58,371 nt of DNA from Sashavirus BDX09P1. Position numbers and translations under genes: made by a program. Each line of letters starts with the position of its first letter. Positions within the stretch are counted from its first letter, which is position 1. Below the pieces are notes generated by a model. The model saw only the letters and a program-made list of their open reading frames with translations. It had not been told where the DNA came from and made no database searches. Location of the stretch: the sequence record OZ035775.1; one strand, given 5' to 3'. This document shows positions 56,728 through 58,371 of the stretch, in pieces.

Positions 56728-57066
56728 ATGAGTTTGTTTCAATGTGAAAACTGTGGGTGTGTTGAAAATACAGCTCTGTCTTCTCAGGGGTTTAACGGTT
56801 TCTTTGAAAAATTATACGACTGGTCATATGCACCTGAAAGGAAAGGTAAACGATTATGTTCAGCGTGTGGACCTGTTAAATACAGTGATGGTAATAATAC
56901 TGAATATGGTAAGTGGCATAACGTTTTTCCGCGTCAGTATTTACCATTGGGTAAGTTTAAAACGAATCGTCAGGGTAATCTGGAACATGTTGAAACGGGT
57001 GAAACAGATTATCAACCTTACATACTTAAACAGGATGGTGACTGGAAAAACGAACCCTTCTGTTAA
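56728..57066 (+). CDS. hypothetical zinc-ribbon-like protein
   Basis: CENCGC ... CSACG Cys pairs. Confidence 0.4.
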   Translation: MSLFQCENCGCVENTALSSQGFNGFFEKLYDWSYAPERKGKRLCSACGPVKYSDGNNTEYGKWHNVFPRQYLPLGKFKTNRQGNLEHVETGETDYQPYILKQDGDWKNEPFC

Positions 57067-57073
57067 CAAAAAA

Positions 57074-57092
57074 GCGGGGCTAACTACCCCGC
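57074..57092. terminator. bidirectional hairpin terminator
   Basis: GCGGGG-ctaacta-CCCCGC flanked by A-run and T-rich sequence. Confidence 0.55.
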
Positions 57093-57097
57093 TATCT

Positions 57098-57823
57098 TTA
57101 TTGACCCATCATATCTTTATACATCATCAAAACAACATCATCCGGCATATTATCTACATCGCAATGCGGGTTGTGTGACAACGCATACAGTCTGATTTTC
57201 TCCTTCAAATCGCTGACATCGACTACAGGTGGTTCCACTCGTGCTACAGGTGGTTCCACTCGTGCTACAGGTGGTTCACAAACCATCACGTTAAACGGTG
57301 TCCCGGTGCCTTCGTATTTTTCAAGCAAATCAACCATTACATTTACACATTCTGGGGTCCATCCCCGGCGCAAACCATTCTGAATCCAACTATCAGTAAT
57401 TGTGTGTTCGTTTAAATTCCTGCGTAGCACATATCTTGCACATTCAAAATTACCGCACATCGCCTCAAACCGTATCCACACGTCGTGACCGTGAACAGCT
57501 TCCAGGATCTGTGAATCAACGTATCTGACACGTTGCCAGTAGTTATTAGCAAAACGCCTGTGTGGTAATTTCTGACGCAGTTCGGTAACCGGTATTGTGC
57601 GTTTAAGAACAACTTCACCAACATCAATCACCGGATCCAGATTCGGCAACCCAAGTTTTTTCATGATGATGTTAAGCGTGGTAGCCAGTGGGTACTGCTT
57701 ACCCGCCATCCATTCGTTATAACGACCAACTGAAATTTTAACGTCGTGTTCAGCAAGATAATCAACAGCCTCGCGTAAACCACCCATCGCATCAGCAAAT
57801 TCTTTAAAAATATTCTTTTTCAT
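57098..57823 (-). CDS. putative HTH regulatory protein with EPPVARV repeats
   Basis: N-terminal region resembles a small HTH (CII/Cro-like pattern); in-frame EPPVARV x2.5; next to iteron-rich AT region. Confidence 0.4.
   Translation of the reverse strand: MKKNIFKEFADAMGGLREAVDYLAEHDVKISVGRYNEWMAGKQYPLATTLNIIMKKLGLPNLDPVIDVGEVVLKRTIPVTELRQKLPHRRFANNYWQRVRYVDSQILEAVHGHDVWIRFEAMCGNFECARYVLRRNLNEHTITDSWIQNGLRRGWTPECVNVMVDLLEKYEGTGTPFNVMVCEPPVARVEPPVARVEPPVVDVSDLKEKIRLYALSHNPHCDVDNMPDDVVLMMYKDMMGQ
57223..57280 (-). repeat. 21-bp in-frame tandem repeat (about 2.7 copies)
   Basis: CTACAGGTGGTTCCACTCGTG repeated. Confidence 0.8.
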
Positions 57824-57872
57824 ATCACCCTCCTTTTTCTTTTATTTTACCACGGGGTGAGAATTATGCAAG

Positions 57873-58001
57873 TAATCCTGTCATAGTGTTACAGCTAATC
57901 CTATGGTAGAACGACTGACTATCATAGGATTGATCGCAAACTGTTAATACTAAGATAGAACACTATGATAGTATTAGTGTTACGGTTAATCCTGTCATAG
58001 T
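57873..58001. promoter_or_regulatory. iteron / operator-like cluster
   Basis: TAATCCTGTCATAGT direct repeat at ~57873 and ~57987; palindrome AATCCTATG...CATAGGATT between; multiple CATAG/CTATG units. Confidence 0.4.
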
Positions 58002-58020
58002 ATCAAAATCATAGATTGGT

Positions 58021-58175
58021 ATAGATTTCGTCATGTTTATTTTTTAACCAACCCCTCTTTATTTTATTCTTTTTATTATTTTTTTCATAGATAACATAGA
58101 AAACATAGATATAAAGAAGAAGTAGTATAGAAAGATAGAGATAATACTAGAGTAGTGTAAGCTGCAAATAAAGGT
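58021..58175. repeat. AT-rich dispersed element, copy B
   Basis: Alignable with 19204-19335 (ATAGATTTCGTCATGTTTATTTTT-AACCAAC...ATTCTTTTTATTAT...AGTAGTATA...GCTGCAA). Confidence 0.6.
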
Positions 58176-58371
58176 AAAATAAAAGTCTGGGAGATACCTA
58201 TTGTAATCTATGTTTTCATGCAAGTATTTGAAATTGTTGTGGTTATGGGTTACGTATTTATGTATGTGATCGAAAATTAGTGCACGTTGTGTATTATCTG
58301 TAAACTTAATACTAACATTGTATTAGCTGTAAAACAGGGCGTGTGGACAACCCGTGGGTATCTGTGGGAAA

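Noticed and set aside
1-58371. Phage-encoded RNA polymerase recognising the conserved promoter motif
   Set aside because: No RNAP-sized ORF found; the motif contains canonical sigma70 -35 (TTGACr) and -10 elements at 17-18 bp spacing.
1-58371. tRNA genes, integrase, 7-deazaguanine (queC/D/E, dpdA) modification genes
   Set aside because: I looked for tRNA-like conserved arms in the non-coding stretches, for recombinase-like ORFs and for PP-loop or radical-SAM signatures and recognised none; this is by-eye and not exhaustive.

Overview
The window reads as a near-complete ~58 kb genome of a tailed dsDNA phage with a long non-contractile tail, probably of an enterobacterial host (its RdgC homologue and an SSB fragment look E. 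coli-like). All calls rest on reading the sequence and the ORF track by eye; no database search was run, and coordinates of small sites may be off by 1-2 bp. Layout: a terminase small subunit-like gene (30-665); minus-strand early-gene blocks with rdgC and dut; terminase large subunit (5717-7480); an accessory operon led by a glycine-zipper/Q-N-rich protein (7.5-9.7 kb); portal (11228-12583); a head and tail module (19.4-35.7 kb) with prohead protease, scaffold, lambda D/E-like decoration and capsid proteins, G/GT chaperones, tape measure and a J-like tip protein; a convergent tail fibre with sialidase-like Asp-box motifs; a lysis cassette with embedded Rz/Rz1; a minus-strand replication and modification block (macro domain, Dam, DNA polymerase, DUF2815, DUF2800); and a plus-strand block with helicase, VRR-NUC, primase, a compact C5-MTase-like protein, a SLOG-like protein, ParB-like protein and a frameshifted HD hydrolase. 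A conserved promoter motif (TAAAATAATTCTTGAC-rGATTAC) recurs at least 13 times with strict strand logic. The most unusual loci are the glycine-rich operon, a ~700 bp structured non-coding island inside the head genes (23.35-24.05 kb), a moron cassette between GT and tape measure, a ~150 bp AT-rich element present twice, and a truncated ssb remnant. No integrase, tRNA, CRISPR array or phage RNA polymerase was recognised.
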